Part shown: piece by piece, positions 25,646 through 35,157 of the stretch
Numbering within the stretch: the stretch's first letter is position 1
Layout of the letters: the number at the start of each line of letters is the position of its first letter
DNA from: Polyangiales bacterium
GTDB taxonomy: Bacteria; Myxococcota_A; Polyangia; Polyangiales; Polyangiaceae
Direction: 5' to 3'
Assembly: GCA_038231275.1 (NCBI GenBank)
Contig: JBBRLQ010000014.1
Coordinates: 96,001-160,000 of the forward strand
Length of the DNA: 64,000 nt
Notes under the pieces: generated by a model
Told to the model about the DNA's origin: nothing
The model's input: only the letters and a program-made list of their open reading frames with translations
Database searches by the model: none
Position numbers and translations under genes: made by a program

Positions 25646-27178
25646 ATGCGCCACCTCTTCGCGAGGGTGAACGTCGACGCCGCTCAAAGCAGCTCCGCGC
25701 TTCGTCGTGTGCTCGGCAAATGGGATCTCACGGCCCTCGGCGTCGGCGCCATCATCGGAGCGGGCATCTTCGCGTCGACCGGGTCGGCGATCGCAGGCGG
25801 CGCCGATCACGTGGGGGCGGGCCCCGCGATCGTCCTCTCGTTCGTCATGACGGCGGTCGCGTGCGGCTTCGCGGCGCTCTGCTACGCCGAGTTCGCGGCG
25901 ATGGTCCCGATCGCGGGTTCTGCGTACACGTACGCGTACGCGGCGCTCGGTGAGCTCGTCGCGTGGATCATCGGCTGGGATCTCGTGATCGAGTACGCGG
26001 TGGGTAACGTGGCGGTCGCCGTCTCGTGGTCCGGCTATTTCGTCGAGCTCTTGCGGATCGTCGGCCTGCACGTGCCGTCGTGGCTGGCGACCGACTACCG
26101 CTCGGCGGTGAAGGCCGCGGCGGCGGTGGCCTCCGGAAGCGCGACGCCGGCGATGCAAGCCGTCGCGGCCGCCGTCGCCGACGCGCCCCGCGTCTTGGGC
26201 ATTCCGATCATCTTCAACCTGCCGGCGATCGGCATCGTCGCGGGCGTCACGTGGGTCCTCGTTCGAGGCGTCCGCGAATCGGCGCGCTCCAACACGCTGA
26301 TGGTGCTTCTCAAGGTGGCCATCATCTTCGTCTTCTTGATCATCGGCGCCTTCTACGTGAAGCCGTCGAATTGGACCGACCACGGCGGCTTCGCGCCCAA
26401 CGGGTTTCACGGCATCGGCAGCGCCGCCGCCCTCATCTTCTTCGCGTACATCGGGTTCGACGCCGTCTCGACCGCCGCTGAAGAGGCGAAGGACCCCAAG
26501 CGCGACATGCCCTTCGGCATCATCGCGAGCCTGATCATCTGCACGGTGCTCTACATCCTCGTGGCGCTGGTGTTGACCGGGATCGCGCCGTGGAACGAGC
26601 TCGGCACCGCGGAGCCGATGCTCACCGGCCTCGAGCTCGCGGGCACCCACGGCGCCGTCCTCGCGTTCGGCCGCGTCCTCATCGGCATCGGCGCGGTCAT
26701 CGCGATGACGTCGGTCCTCCTCGTGTTCCAGCTCGGGCAGCCGCGTATCTTCTTCTCGATGGCGCGCGACGGCCTCTTGCCGCCATGGGCCGCCAAGCTC
26801 CACCCGAAGTACCAGACGCCGCACGTCACCACGATCCTCACCGGCGCCGTCGTCGCGGGGTTCTCCGCGTTCATGAACATCGACGAAGCGGTGGAGTTGA
26901 CCAACATCGGGACGCTCTTCGCCTTTGTCCTCGTCTCGGTCGGCGTCGTCGTGCTCCGCGTTCGCGAGCCGAACCGCCCGAGGCCGTTTCGTGTGCCCGG
27001 CTCGCCGTGGACGCCGATCGGCGCCGCCGCCTCGTGCATCTTCTTGATGGCGCAGCTCCCGCTCGTCACGTGGGTGAGGTTTTTCGTCTGGCTTGCGGTC
27101 GGCCTCCTCCTCTATTTCGCGTACGGCTACCGGCACAGCCGCCTGCGCGCGTCCTTGGACGCGGCGAAGAGCGCCTAG
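25646..27178 (+). CDS. APC-superfamily amino acid permease (cationic amino acid transporter-like)
   Basis: GVGAIIGAGIF, LCYAEFAAMVPIAGSAYTY, FFAYIGFDAVST. Confidence 0.93.
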   Translation: MRHLFARVNVDAAQSSSALRRVLGKWDLTALGVGAIIGAGIFASTGSAIAGGADHVGAGPAIVLSFVMTAVACGFAALCYAEFAAMVPIAGSAYTYAYAALGELVAWIIGWDLVIEYAVGNVAVAVSWSGYFVELLRIVGLHVPSWLATDYRSAVKAAAAVASGSATPAMQAVAAAVADAPRVLGIPIIFNLPAIGIVAGVTWVLVRGVRESARSNTLMVLLKVAIIFVFLIIGAFYVKPSNWTDHGGFAPNGFHGIGSAAALIFFAYIGFDAVSTAAEEAKDPKRDMPFGIIASLIICTVLYILVALVLTGIAPWNELGTAEPMLTGLELAGTHGAVLAFGRVLIGIGAVIAMTSVLLVFQLGQPRIFFSMARDGLLPPWAAKLHPKYQTPHVTTILTGAVVAGFSAFMNIDEAVELTNIGTLFAFVLVSVGVVVLRVREPNRPRPFRVPGSPWTPIGAAASCIFLMAQLPLVTWVRFFVWLAVGLLLYFAYGYRHSRLRASLDAAKSA

Positions 27179-27206
27179 CGCCAGCTACCTCGAAGCTTGC
27201 TCCTCG

Positions 27207-29381
27207 TCAGTCGACCTTCACGTCGTCGACGCCGAGGGGCTTCGGGATCGAGCCTCCGCCGACCGGGATGAACGGCGCCGTTCCGGGCAACCCGGGGGCG
27301 GGCGAGCCGGGCGGGGCAGGGGGCGTGGCGGGCTTGACCTTGTCGATCTCCGGCGCGCTCCCTTTGCCTTCGGGGTTGATGTTCACGTTGGGGCCGCCCT
27401 GGATGTGCACGTCGCCGCCTGCGCTCGACAGGTGAAGCTCCTTCTGCGCGTGGAGGTGGATCTCGCCCTTCGCGTTGATGAAGATGTCGTCGCCGCTCAG
27501 CGTGATGCTCGCGCCGCCGGTGGTGATGACGATCTTTTTCTGGGTCGCATCCATCGACGTGCCGACGGTCGGCCCCACCGACACGTTGCACGTCAGGCCG
27601 ACCGACTTGATGTCGGTCATTCCCACCGTGGTCGTCCGCGTCTGCCCGACGTCGAGCGTATCGGACGAGCCGACCTTCGCGGCCCGCGTCTGCCCTACGT
27701 CGAGTGTGTCGGCCTTGCCGATGGTGACGGAGCGCGCGTCGCCGATGTGCGACGACTCGTCGTTCTTCACGATGTACGAGAGGTTCTTCTCGGCCTGGAC
27801 GTGGATCTCTTCGCTGCCGGCGCGGTCCTCGAAGGAGATCTCGTTGTAGCCGAGCTTGGCCGACGACGGCAGCGAGTTGCTCCGCCACCCGCTCTTGGTC
27901 TGGTTCTCGGGGAGCGACCACGGCACCACCGTCGTGCCGTTGAAGACGCGCCCGACGATGACCGGGCGATCGGGATCGCCCTCGTAGAACTCGACGAGGA
28001 CCTCGTGCCCGACGCGTGGAATGTTCATCATTCCGAACGCGCCGCCCGCCCACGGCTGGCTCACGCGCATCCAGCACGAGCTCTTGTCGTCGTACTTGCC
28101 TTCGCGGTCCCAGTGGAACTGCACGCGGACGCGGCCGTACTCGTCGGTGTAGATCTCCTGCCCCGCCGGCCCGGCGACGAGCGCGCTTTGGACACCGTAA
28201 ATTCGCGGCTTGGGCGTGCGCCGCTCGGGCCGATACACGGAGTCGGCGAAGACGCAGCTCGTGGTCATCGTCCACTCGCCGTCGTGCGGGCCCTCGATCT
28301 GCGACTCGACCACGAGGAGCTTCTTGTCGGGCGCGAGATCGGGCCGCGGATGATCGCGCGTGGTCGTCGACTCCTGGTTCACCCCGAGGAGCACGCCGGG
28401 CGCGAGATCGATCGCGTTGGTGTGGAACGACACGAGTAGCCGCCGCCGCCGCGCCGAGTCGAGCGAGCGCGCGGCGAGCTTGTTCGCCTCGCCCTCGTCG
28501 GTCTTCGGCGCACGCGACACGTCGGCGACCGGCTTTTCGACCTTGTCGGTGTCCCACCAGAACGCGCCGGGCACGTAGTCGTACTGCTCGTACGCGTCCT
28601 CCGGCGTGCTCGAGCGCGACGTCGCGAGGAGCGGCAGGTTCGGCATCTTGCGAAAGTCGAAGTCGCGGAGAACGACGCGGCCCGGTTTCATGCGCTGCGT
28701 GACGGTCACCGTCGCGACGAAATCCATGTCCGCGCCGAAGCGCGGCGTCAGGTGTCCCGCGTACGCGAGCGGCCCCTTCCTCGCCTCGGCGAGCTGCGGC
28801 GAGTCGTCGAGGACGAGCTTGGTGATCTCGTCCCCCTTTCCGGTCGTGGCGGCGTGCGAGAACGAAAACGAGATGCCCGCGTCCTCGAGGAGGCGACTCA
28901 CGAACGCGAAGTCCGTCTCGCCGTACTGCACGCAGTACTCGTGCGGCGGGTACTCGGCGCGGAGCTTCATGACCGGCGTGATCTGCCACTCGGCGAGGAC
29001 CTTCACGACGATCTCGGGCGTGGTCAGGTGCTGAAAGATGCGGCTGTTGCGGCGAAGGGTCGTGCGCCAGAGCATCGGCACGATGACGAGGTGATAGGCC
29101 GACAACCCCGGCGGCGGCTCCGCGTGCACTTGGGACATGTGCGCGACGACGCCTGCCCAGACGCGCACGGACGTCCCCGCCTGATAGTTCGGGGTCTCCA
29201 GCCGAAGCGCGGCGCCCTTGCCGACGACGCGATCGAGATCGATATCGTCGTCCCCCGACATCGCGAGGACGCTCACCTCGAACAGATCGTTCATCGACTC
29301 GTGGATCGAGAAGTGCCGAACGTCGAGCGCGTCCCCCGGGAGCGAAGCGAACGCGAGCTTGAGGTTGTTCTTCGTCTGCAC
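27207..29381 (-). CDS. vgrG: Type VI secretion tip protein VgrG (TssI)
   Basis: YCVQYGETDFAFVSRLLEDAGI, EIYTDEYGRVRVQFHWDR, PRVGHEVLVEFYEGDPDRP, NEISFED, gp5-like repeats. Confidence 0.95.
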   Translation of the reverse strand: MQTKNNLKLAFASLPGDALDVRHFSIHESMNDLFEVSVLAMSGDDDIDLDRVVGKGAALRLETPNYQAGTSVRVWAGVVAHMSQVHAEPPPGLSAYHLVIVPMLWRTTLRRNSRIFQHLTTPEIVVKVLAEWQITPVMKLRAEYPPHEYCVQYGETDFAFVSRLLEDAGISFSFSHAATTGKGDEITKLVLDDSPQLAEARKGPLAYAGHLTPRFGADMDFVATVTVTQRMKPGRVVLRDFDFRKMPNLPLLATSRSSTPEDAYEQYDYVPGAFWWDTDKVEKPVADVSRAPKTDEGEANKLAARSLDSARRRRLLVSFHTNAIDLAPGVLLGVNQESTTTRDHPRPDLAPDKKLLVVESQIEGPHDGEWTMTTSCVFADSVYRPERRTPKPRIYGVQSALVAGPAGQEIYTDEYGRVRVQFHWDREGKYDDKSSCWMRVSQPWAGGAFGMMNIPRVGHEVLVEFYEGDPDRPVIVGRVFNGTTVVPWSLPENQTKSGWRSNSLPSSAKLGYNEISFEDRAGSEEIHVQAEKNLSYIVKNDESSHIGDARSVTIGKADTLDVGQTRAAKVGSSDTLDVGQTRTTTVGMTDIKSVGLTCNVSVGPTVGTSMDATQKKIVITTGGASITLSGDDIFINAKGEIHLHAQKELHLSSAGGDVHIQGGPNVNINPEGKGSAPEIDKVKPATPPAPPGSPAPGLPGTAPFIPVGGGSIPKPLGVDDVKVD

Positions 29382-29420
29382 GAGTGCCTTTCGATGACGA
29401 TTGAAATTCGCGCTGCGCCG

Positions 29421-29741
29421 TCAACCGCCGACGTTGCAGTTCGGGCTACCCTGGATGAGCGTTCCAGTGCCGCCGCAATGCTTGGTGTCGTCGTCGACGC
29501 GGTGCGCGGGGATGCCGTTCATCTTCACCGTGGAGCTGCCCTTCTTGGCGTTCCACGTGTTGGGTCCGCAGCAGCTCGAGTGCGTGCCTGGATCACCGAT
29601 TCGGAGCGCGGCGCGCCCGTTGACGTAGACCGTCGGAGAGCCTTGTTTTGCTGGCCCTTCGCACGTGTGGACGCAGCACGGCTTGCCGTGCGAGTCGTTG
29701 GGGATCTTCGCGTGATCGCCGACGCGGCCTTGGGGGCGCAT
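29421..29741 (-). CDS. PAAR-domain spike-tip protein
   Basis: GSPTVYVNGRAALRIGD, GSSTVKMNGIPAHRVDD, HCGG, GSPNCNVGG. Confidence 0.9.
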   Translation of the reverse strand: MRPQGRVGDHAKIPNDSHGKPCCVHTCEGPAKQGSPTVYVNGRAALRIGDPGTHSSCCGPNTWNAKKGSSTVKMNGIPAHRVDDDTKHCGGTGTLIQGSPNCNVGG

Positions 29742-29898
29742 GATCGCTCTACGTCTCCTCTCGCGGATTCCGAGCACGACGGAAAAGAAAGGACGCGCCG
29801 CAGCCTCTCCTTCATCCTACGCCGTGCGGCGACGTGGGCTCCCCTGGACCAAGAGCGAACTTGGAAGCTCCGTCTTTTGGCTGGCGTATGAGCCTGTG

Positions 29899-30435
29899 AT
29901 GCCCAAACAAGAGCTCGGTCCGTTCACGTTCGAGCCTCCGACGTCGTGGTCTCGCCGAGCGGTCCTGATCTTCGTGGGAGAGTCGAACAATGCGCACCCG
30001 CCGCCCAACATCGTCGTCACGCGCGACGTTCGCGGCGACGAGGAACTCCCGACCCACGCGTGGCGCAAGGTGTTCGAGCTCGGACGTTCGGTGCCCGACT
30101 TCGAGATGCTCGGCAGCCGCGAGACGAGGATCGACGGTCAGCCGGCGTTCAAGGTGGTCGTGCGCTGGAGGAGCGAGCGCGGGACGGTCACGCAGGCGAT
30201 GGCGTGGGTCGACGACCGCGACGGCCACGCGTTGACCATCACGTGCAGCGCCATCGACAAGCCCGAGGCCTTCAGCGAGTTCGAGCACGTCCTGGAGACA
30301 CTGACGTTTGGCGGCGCGCGCGACTCGATGGTCGTGCCCACCGGTCGCGCGTCGTCACCGAGCCAGCCGCCGCCGGAGAACCCGGAGATGTACGCGTCGG
30401 TCCCGATGCCTGGCGCGCGCCCCGTGCGACGCTGA
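29899..30435 (+). CDS. DcrB/DUF1795-like T6SS adaptor protein
   Basis: F..P..W...PNIVVTRD...IDGQPA...TQAM...LTITCS...F..VLETL pattern, next to PAAR and vgrG. Confidence 0.68.
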   Translation: MPKQELGPFTFEPPTSWSRRAVLIFVGESNNAHPPPNIVVTRDVRGDEELPTHAWRKVFELGRSVPDFEMLGSRETRIDGQPAFKVVVRWRSERGTVTQAMAWVDDRDGHALTITCSAIDKPEAFSEFEHVLETLTFGGARDSMVVPTGRASSPSQPPPENPEMYASVPMPGARPVRR

Positions 30436-30563
30436 CGCCGACGCGAGCGAGCCTGATGGCTCGGAGTGGTCGCACGCAAAAGAGTCACATGCGCCGCGCT
30501 GGCGGTCAGAAATTGCATTTTGCAAGTCGGACGCGGCGAGCTCGGCCGCGTCCGCGACGTGCC

Positions 30564-31196
30564 TCAGCGAGCGTCGGCCAGCGCGCGGTCGATGAGCGCG
30601 GTCAAGCCCTTGAGGTTGCGATAGAGGACCTCGCCGGTGGCGCCATGAATCGCGACCCTCCCGCTCTTCAGCGCCTCGAACGCCAGCATCGCGGTGTTCG
30701 CCCTATCGTGCAGCGCGTGGGCGAGGGCGTGCGTTGGCTCCGTCACGCTCCGAGCGCCGGCGTCGACGGCGCTCTTCGCCTGGCGCCTCCCGAACTCGGT
30801 GACCGCCTCCGCGATCGCGTCGTCCAGGCAGCGATTGAAGGTGTGGAACTCGTCGACGGTGATCGGCGCGTCGGTCTCGTGGGCGAGCTCGGTGACCGCT
30901 TGGCAGAGATCCCCGTAGTCGTGGACGACCGAGTCGAGGGTGAGCCCTTTCGCGTACAACTCCCTGCCGTGCTTCCGCGCAGAAGCGCCGATCTCACGCG
31001 GCAGCTTGAGCGGCTCGCCGTGCGCTGACGCGCGCTGCTCGGCGCGAAGCGTGTCGACCATCTGTCCGATGAGGAGCGTGACTCCGTGCTCGAGCGCGAG
31101 CGTCGTCGACGGTGGAGGTCCCGGTCGCTGCGCCACCTTGTTCTTGCACCGATCGATCAGCTCTTGTCGGTTCGTTGTCAGAAACTCGTACAGCAT
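30564..31196 (-). CDS. RsbRD-N-like sensor domain plus degenerate HisKA helix, lacking an ATPase domain
   Basis: MLYEFL..NR.ELI.RC, ARKHGREL, VVHDYGDLCQAVTELA, FNRCLDDAIAEAV, then LAHALHDRAN and a stop. Confidence 0.72.
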   Translation of the reverse strand: MLYEFLTTNRQELIDRCKNKVAQRPGPPPSTTLALEHGVTLLIGQMVDTLRAEQRASAHGEPLKLPREIGASARKHGRELYAKGLTLDSVVHDYGDLCQAVTELAHETDAPITVDEFHTFNRCLDDAIAEAVTEFGRRQAKSAVDAGARSVTEPTHALAHALHDRANTAMLAFEALKSGRVAIHGATGEVLYRNLKGLTALIDRALADAR

Positions 31197-31283
31197 GGCG
31201 CATGTTCCCTTCGGCGGTGCCCAACGAGTTCACGATTCATGCCTGAGGTCGCGCACGGATTGCGCGGCGGCTCACGTCGCCGC

Positions 31284-32261
31284 TCATGCCGCCGCCTCCT
31301 TCTCGCGCCTCCGCGCGAGCGCGCCGATCCACTTTGCGATCTCCCCGGCGACGCCTTGGCGGAAGGTCAAGACGCAGACGATGAAGATGACTCCCTGCAC
31401 GATCGAGCTCACCGAGCCGTACTCCCCGAGATAGTTCTCGAGCGTCACGACGATGAACGCGCCCACCACCGGCCCGTACGGCCGCCCGAGGCCGCCGATG
31501 AGCGTCATGAGGACCACCTCGCCGGAGATCGACCAGTGCACGTCGGTCAGCGACGCGAGCTGGAACACGATGGCCTTCGTGGCGCCGGCGAGCCCGGCGA
31601 GCGCCGCGGAGAGCACGAAGGCGAGGAGTTTGTAGCGCTCGACGCGGTACCCCAAGCTCGTCGCGCGCGGCTCGTGCTCGCGAATCGCGCGCAGCACCTC
31701 ACCGAACGGGGAGTGGATGACGCGATAAATGAGCAGGAACCCGACGACGAAAACGAGGAGCACGAAGAAATACATCGCCGTCGTGCCCTCGAGGCTGACG
31801 ACGCCGAGCACGCGGCCCCGGGGAACCGCCTGAATCCCGTTTTCGCCCCCCGTGAACGTCGCGCGCAGGCAGAAAAAATAGACCATCTGCGCGAGCCCCA
31901 GCGTGATCATCGCAAAGTAGATGCCCTGCCGCCGGATGGCGAGGAACCCGACGACGAGGCCGAGCGCCGCGCTGACGAGCACGCCGAACGCGATGGCCGC
32001 CTCGGTCGGCAGCCCCCACTCCTTTGCGACGTGCGCGGTGCAATACCCCGCGACGCCGAGGAACATCGCGTGACCGAACGACAGGAGGCCCACGTACCCG
32101 ATCAGCAGATTGAACGCGCACGCGAAGAGCGCGAAGCACAGGGCCTTCATGAGGAAGACGGGGTAGACGACGAACGGCGCGACGACGAAGAGCGCGAGCA
32201 TGGCGGCGAACGCGAGTCGGTCTTGTCGGGTCACGCCGAAGATGCCAGCGAGCGCGCTCAC
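31284..32261 (-). CDS. livM: Branched-chain amino acid-type ABC transporter permease (LivM-like)
   Basis: FNLLIGYVGLLSFGHA, YFAMITL, TGGENG, LRAIREHE. GTG start overlaps the livH stop. Confidence 0.9.
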   Translation of the reverse strand: MSALAGIFGVTRQDRLAFAAMLALFVVAPFVVYPVFLMKALCFALFACAFNLLIGYVGLLSFGHAMFLGVAGYCTAHVAKEWGLPTEAAIAFGVLVSAALGLVVGFLAIRRQGIYFAMITLGLAQMVYFFCLRATFTGGENGIQAVPRGRVLGVVSLEGTTAMYFFVLLVFVVGFLLIYRVIHSPFGEVLRAIREHEPRATSLGYRVERYKLLAFVLSAALAGLAGATKAIVFQLASLTDVHWSISGEVVLMTLIGGLGRPYGPVVGAFIVVTLENYLGEYGSVSSIVQGVIFIVCVLTFRQGVAGEIAKWIGALARRREKEAAA

Positions 32262-33133
32262 GCGACCCTCCCGAAGAGGCCGGCCGGCTTGAAGATCAGG
32301 ACGAGCGCCATCAAGGCGAAAATCGCAGTGTCCGACGCCTCTGGATAGAACACCTTCGTCAGACCCTCGACGACGCCGAGGAGGAAGCCGCTCACGATCG
32401 ACCCCATGATCGATCCCATTCCGCCGATGACGACGACCGCGAACACGACGATGATCTGGTCCGCCCCCATCATCGGGCTCACGCGGTAAATCGGCGCGGC
32501 GAGGACGCCGGCGAGCGCCGCCAACGCGACCGCGGCGCCGTACGTCAACGTGAGCATGCGCGGGACGTTCACCCCGAACGCGCGGACGAGCGACGGGTTC
32601 TCGTTGGCGGCACGCAAGATGGAGCCGAGCTTCGTCCGCTCGATGAGGTACCAGGCCGCGAGGCAGACGGCCGCGGAGAAGACGAACACCCACGCGCGGT
32701 AGTTCGGGAGGACGATGAAGCCGAAGTCGTGCGCCCCCTCGAGGGCCTCCGGGATCACGTACGGCATGCCCGACGTGCCGAACTGCATCCGCAGGACGCC
32801 CTGGAAGACGAGCGCGATGCCGAACGTGAGGAGGAGGCCATACAGCGGATCGAGCCCGTGCAGCCGCCGCAGCATCGTCCGCTCGAGGACGATCCCCAGG
32901 ATCCCGACGCCGATCGGCGCGACGACGAGCGCGGCCCAATAGCCGACGCCGAGGTGCTCGAGGAGGAGCCACGCACCGAACGCGCCGAGCATGTAGAACG
33001 CGCCGTGCGCGAAGTTGATGACGTTGAGGAGCCCGAAGATGATCGATAGACCGAGGCTCAGCAGCGCATAGAATGCGCCACTGATGAGTCCGATGAGGAC
33101 CTGGCTGAAGAGCGCCTGCGGTGTGACGTTCAT
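32258..33133 (-). CDS. livH: Branched-chain amino acid-type ABC transporter permease (LivH-like)
   Basis: LGLSIIFGLLNVINFAHG, VVIGGMGS. Confidence 0.92.
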   Translation of the reverse strand: MNVTPQALFSQVLIGLISGAFYALLSLGLSIIFGLLNVINFAHGAFYMLGAFGAWLLLEHLGVGYWAALVVAPIGVGILGIVLERTMLRRLHGLDPLYGLLLTFGIALVFQGVLRMQFGTSGMPYVIPEALEGAHDFGFIVLPNYRAWVFVFSAAVCLAAWYLIERTKLGSILRAANENPSLVRAFGVNVPRMLTLTYGAAVALAALAGVLAAPIYRVSPMMGADQIIVVFAVVVIGGMGSIMGSIVSGFLLGVVEGLTKVFYPEASDTAIFALMALVLIFKPAGLFGRVA

Positions 33134-33163
33134 GGCAAGAGGCTGCGAAGGCGGTCCCGCCGG

Positions 33164-34417
33164 TTACTTCTTCACGAGCGGACACTCGCTCTGGGCAATC
33201 GGGCGAAACGCGTCGGCCGCCGGGATTTCGCGGACGAGCTTGTAATAGTCCCACGGCCCCTTCGACTCTTCGGGCTTCTTCACCTCGTAGAGGTACATCG
33301 GATGGAGCTTTCGCCCGTCGGCGCGGATCGTCCCCTTGCCGAACAGCGGATCGTCGGCCGGCATCTCTTCCATCTTCGCGACCACGGCCCTCCCATCGTC
33401 CTTGGATTTGAGCTCTCTGACGGCCTTCAAGTAGTGGAGGACCGACGCGTACACGCCGGCGTGGACCATCGTGGGCATCTTGCCGCCGTGCTTCTCGCCG
33501 AAGCGCTTCGCGAAGGCGCGCGTCGACGGGTCCTTGTCCCAGTAGAAGGCGGACGTGAGGTTGATCCCCTGCGCGGTTCTCAGGCCGAGCGCGTGGATGT
33601 CGGAGATGAAGAGGAGGAGGCCCGCGACCTTCTGCCCGCCCTTCGTGACCCCGAACTCGGACGCCGCCTTGATCGCGTTGACCGTATCGCCGCCCGCGTT
33701 GGCCAGTCCGATGACCTTCGCCTTCGACGACTGCGCCTGCACGAGGAACGAGGCGAAGTCCGACGCGTTCAGGGGGTGCTTCACCGAGCCGAGGACCTTG
33801 CCGCCGTCGGCGACGACGACCGTGGACGTGTCGCGCTCGAGGGCTTGCCCAAAGGCGTAGTCGGCGGTGACGAAGAACCACGTATCGCCGCCGTTCTTCA
33901 CCATCGCTTTACCGGCACCATTGGCGAGCGCGAACGTGTCGTACGTCCAGTGCACGGTGTTGGGGGAGCACTGCGTGCCCGTCAAATCCTGCGTCCCCGC
34001 GCCGGACGCGAGGAAGACCTTGTTCTTGCCCTTCACGAGCTCGCTCACCGAGAGCGCGACCGACGACGTGGGGACGTCCACGATCACGTCGACCTTCTCG
34101 ACGTCGATCCATCGTCGCGCGACGTTCGAGCCGACATCGGGCTTGTTCTGGTGATCGGCGGAGAGGATCTCGATCGGAAGGTCGCCGATCTTCCCGCCCA
34201 TGTCCTCGACGGCGAGCTTTGCCGCGACGACCGACCCTTGGCCCGCCAGATCGGCGTAGAGACCGGACATGTCCGAAAGGACCCCGATGCGGATCGCCGG
34301 CGCGCCGGGCGACGCGGACGTGGACGACGACGACCCCGCGGCGCCGCCGGGAGCGGGATTCTTGCACGCCGCGACGGTCGCGAGGGCGGCGGCGAAAACG
34401 AGAGGGAGTCGGTTCAT
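33164..34417 (-). CDS. ABC transporter substrate-binding lipoprotein (LivK/LivJ-like)
   Basis: VAAC lipobox, IRIGVLSDMSG, ADHQNKPD, ADYAFG. Confidence 0.92.
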   Translation of the reverse strand: MNRLPLVFAAALATVAACKNPAPGGAAGSSSSTSASPGAPAIRIGVLSDMSGLYADLAGQGSVVAAKLAVEDMGGKIGDLPIEILSADHQNKPDVGSNVARRWIDVEKVDVIVDVPTSSVALSVSELVKGKNKVFLASGAGTQDLTGTQCSPNTVHWTYDTFALANGAGKAMVKNGGDTWFFVTADYAFGQALERDTSTVVVADGGKVLGSVKHPLNASDFASFLVQAQSSKAKVIGLANAGGDTVNAIKAASEFGVTKGGQKVAGLLLFISDIHALGLRTAQGINLTSAFYWDKDPSTRAFAKRFGEKHGGKMPTMVHAGVYASVLHYLKAVRELKSKDDGRAVVAKMEEMPADDPLFGKGTIRADGRKLHPMYLYEVKKPEESKGPWDYYKLVREIPAADAFRPIAQSECPLVKK

Positions 34418-34431
34418 GGGACCACCCGCGT

Positions 34432-35157
34432 CTAGATACCAAGGTACCGGTGCAGCTTTTCGCGATTCTGTTCGAGCTCGCTCGTAGGCACCATGTCGAC
34501 GACGCGCCCATCTTCGACAACGTAATGGCGATCGGCGACCGCGGCGGCGAAGCGTAGGTTCTGCTCGACGAGGAGCATCGTGAAACCACGCGTCTTCAGC
34601 GATCGGATCGTCTTCTCGATCTGCTGGACGATGACCGGCGCCAGCCCTTCGTTGGGCTCGTCCAGCATCAAGAAGCGCGCGCCCGTCCGGAGGATCCTGC
34701 CGATCGCCAGCATCTGCTGCTCGCCCCCCGAGAGCTTCGTCCCGGGGCTCGCGAGGCGCTCCTTCAGGTTGGGGAAGAGCTCGAAGATCGCGTCGAGGGA
34801 CAGGCCATTCGGCTTGATGATGGGCGGCAGGAGCAAATTTTCTTCGACGTTCAGGCCGGAGAAGATCCCGCGCTCCTCCGGACAGATCGCGACTCCGGCG
34901 CGGGCGATCTTGTCGGCGCTGAGCTGAACGATCTCGCGGCCCTCGAAGACGATGGAGCCCTTCCGCTTCTCGACGATGCCCATGATCGACTTCAGGGTCG
35001 TCGTCTTCCCGGCGCCGTTGCGGCCGAGCAGCGTCACGACCTCGCCGGGGTGAACGTCGAAGTCGACGCCGTGAAGGACGTGCGACTCGCCGTACCACGC
35101 GTTCAGGCCACGCACGGAGAGGACGGCGGCCATCGTCGGCGCGGGCGCGTCAGGCAT
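34432..35157 (-). CDS. livF: ABC transporter ATP-binding protein (LivF-like)
   Basis: GRNGAGKTT, LSGGEQQM, LDEPNEGLAP. Confidence 0.93.
   Translation of the reverse strand: MPDAPAPTMAAVLSVRGLNAWYGESHVLHGVDFDVHPGEVVTLLGRNGAGKTTTLKSIMGIVEKRKGSIVFEGREIVQLSADKIARAGVAICPEERGIFSGLNVEENLLLPPIIKPNGLSLDAIFELFPNLKERLASPGTKLSGGEQQMLAIGRILRTGARFLMLDEPNEGLAPVIVQQIEKTIRSLKTRGFTMLLVEQNLRFAAAVADRHYVVEDGRVVDMVPTSELEQNREKLHRYLGI

Noticed and set aside
27590..27760. DTLDVGQTR repeats in VgrG as a novel repeat domain
   Set aside because: These are the expected gp5-like beta-helix repeats of VgrG spikes.
31228..31243. AGGCAT-GAATC-GTGAA on the minus strand as a sigma-54 promoter for the gene at 31196
   Set aside because: It has GA instead of the conserved GC at -12, too weak to call.
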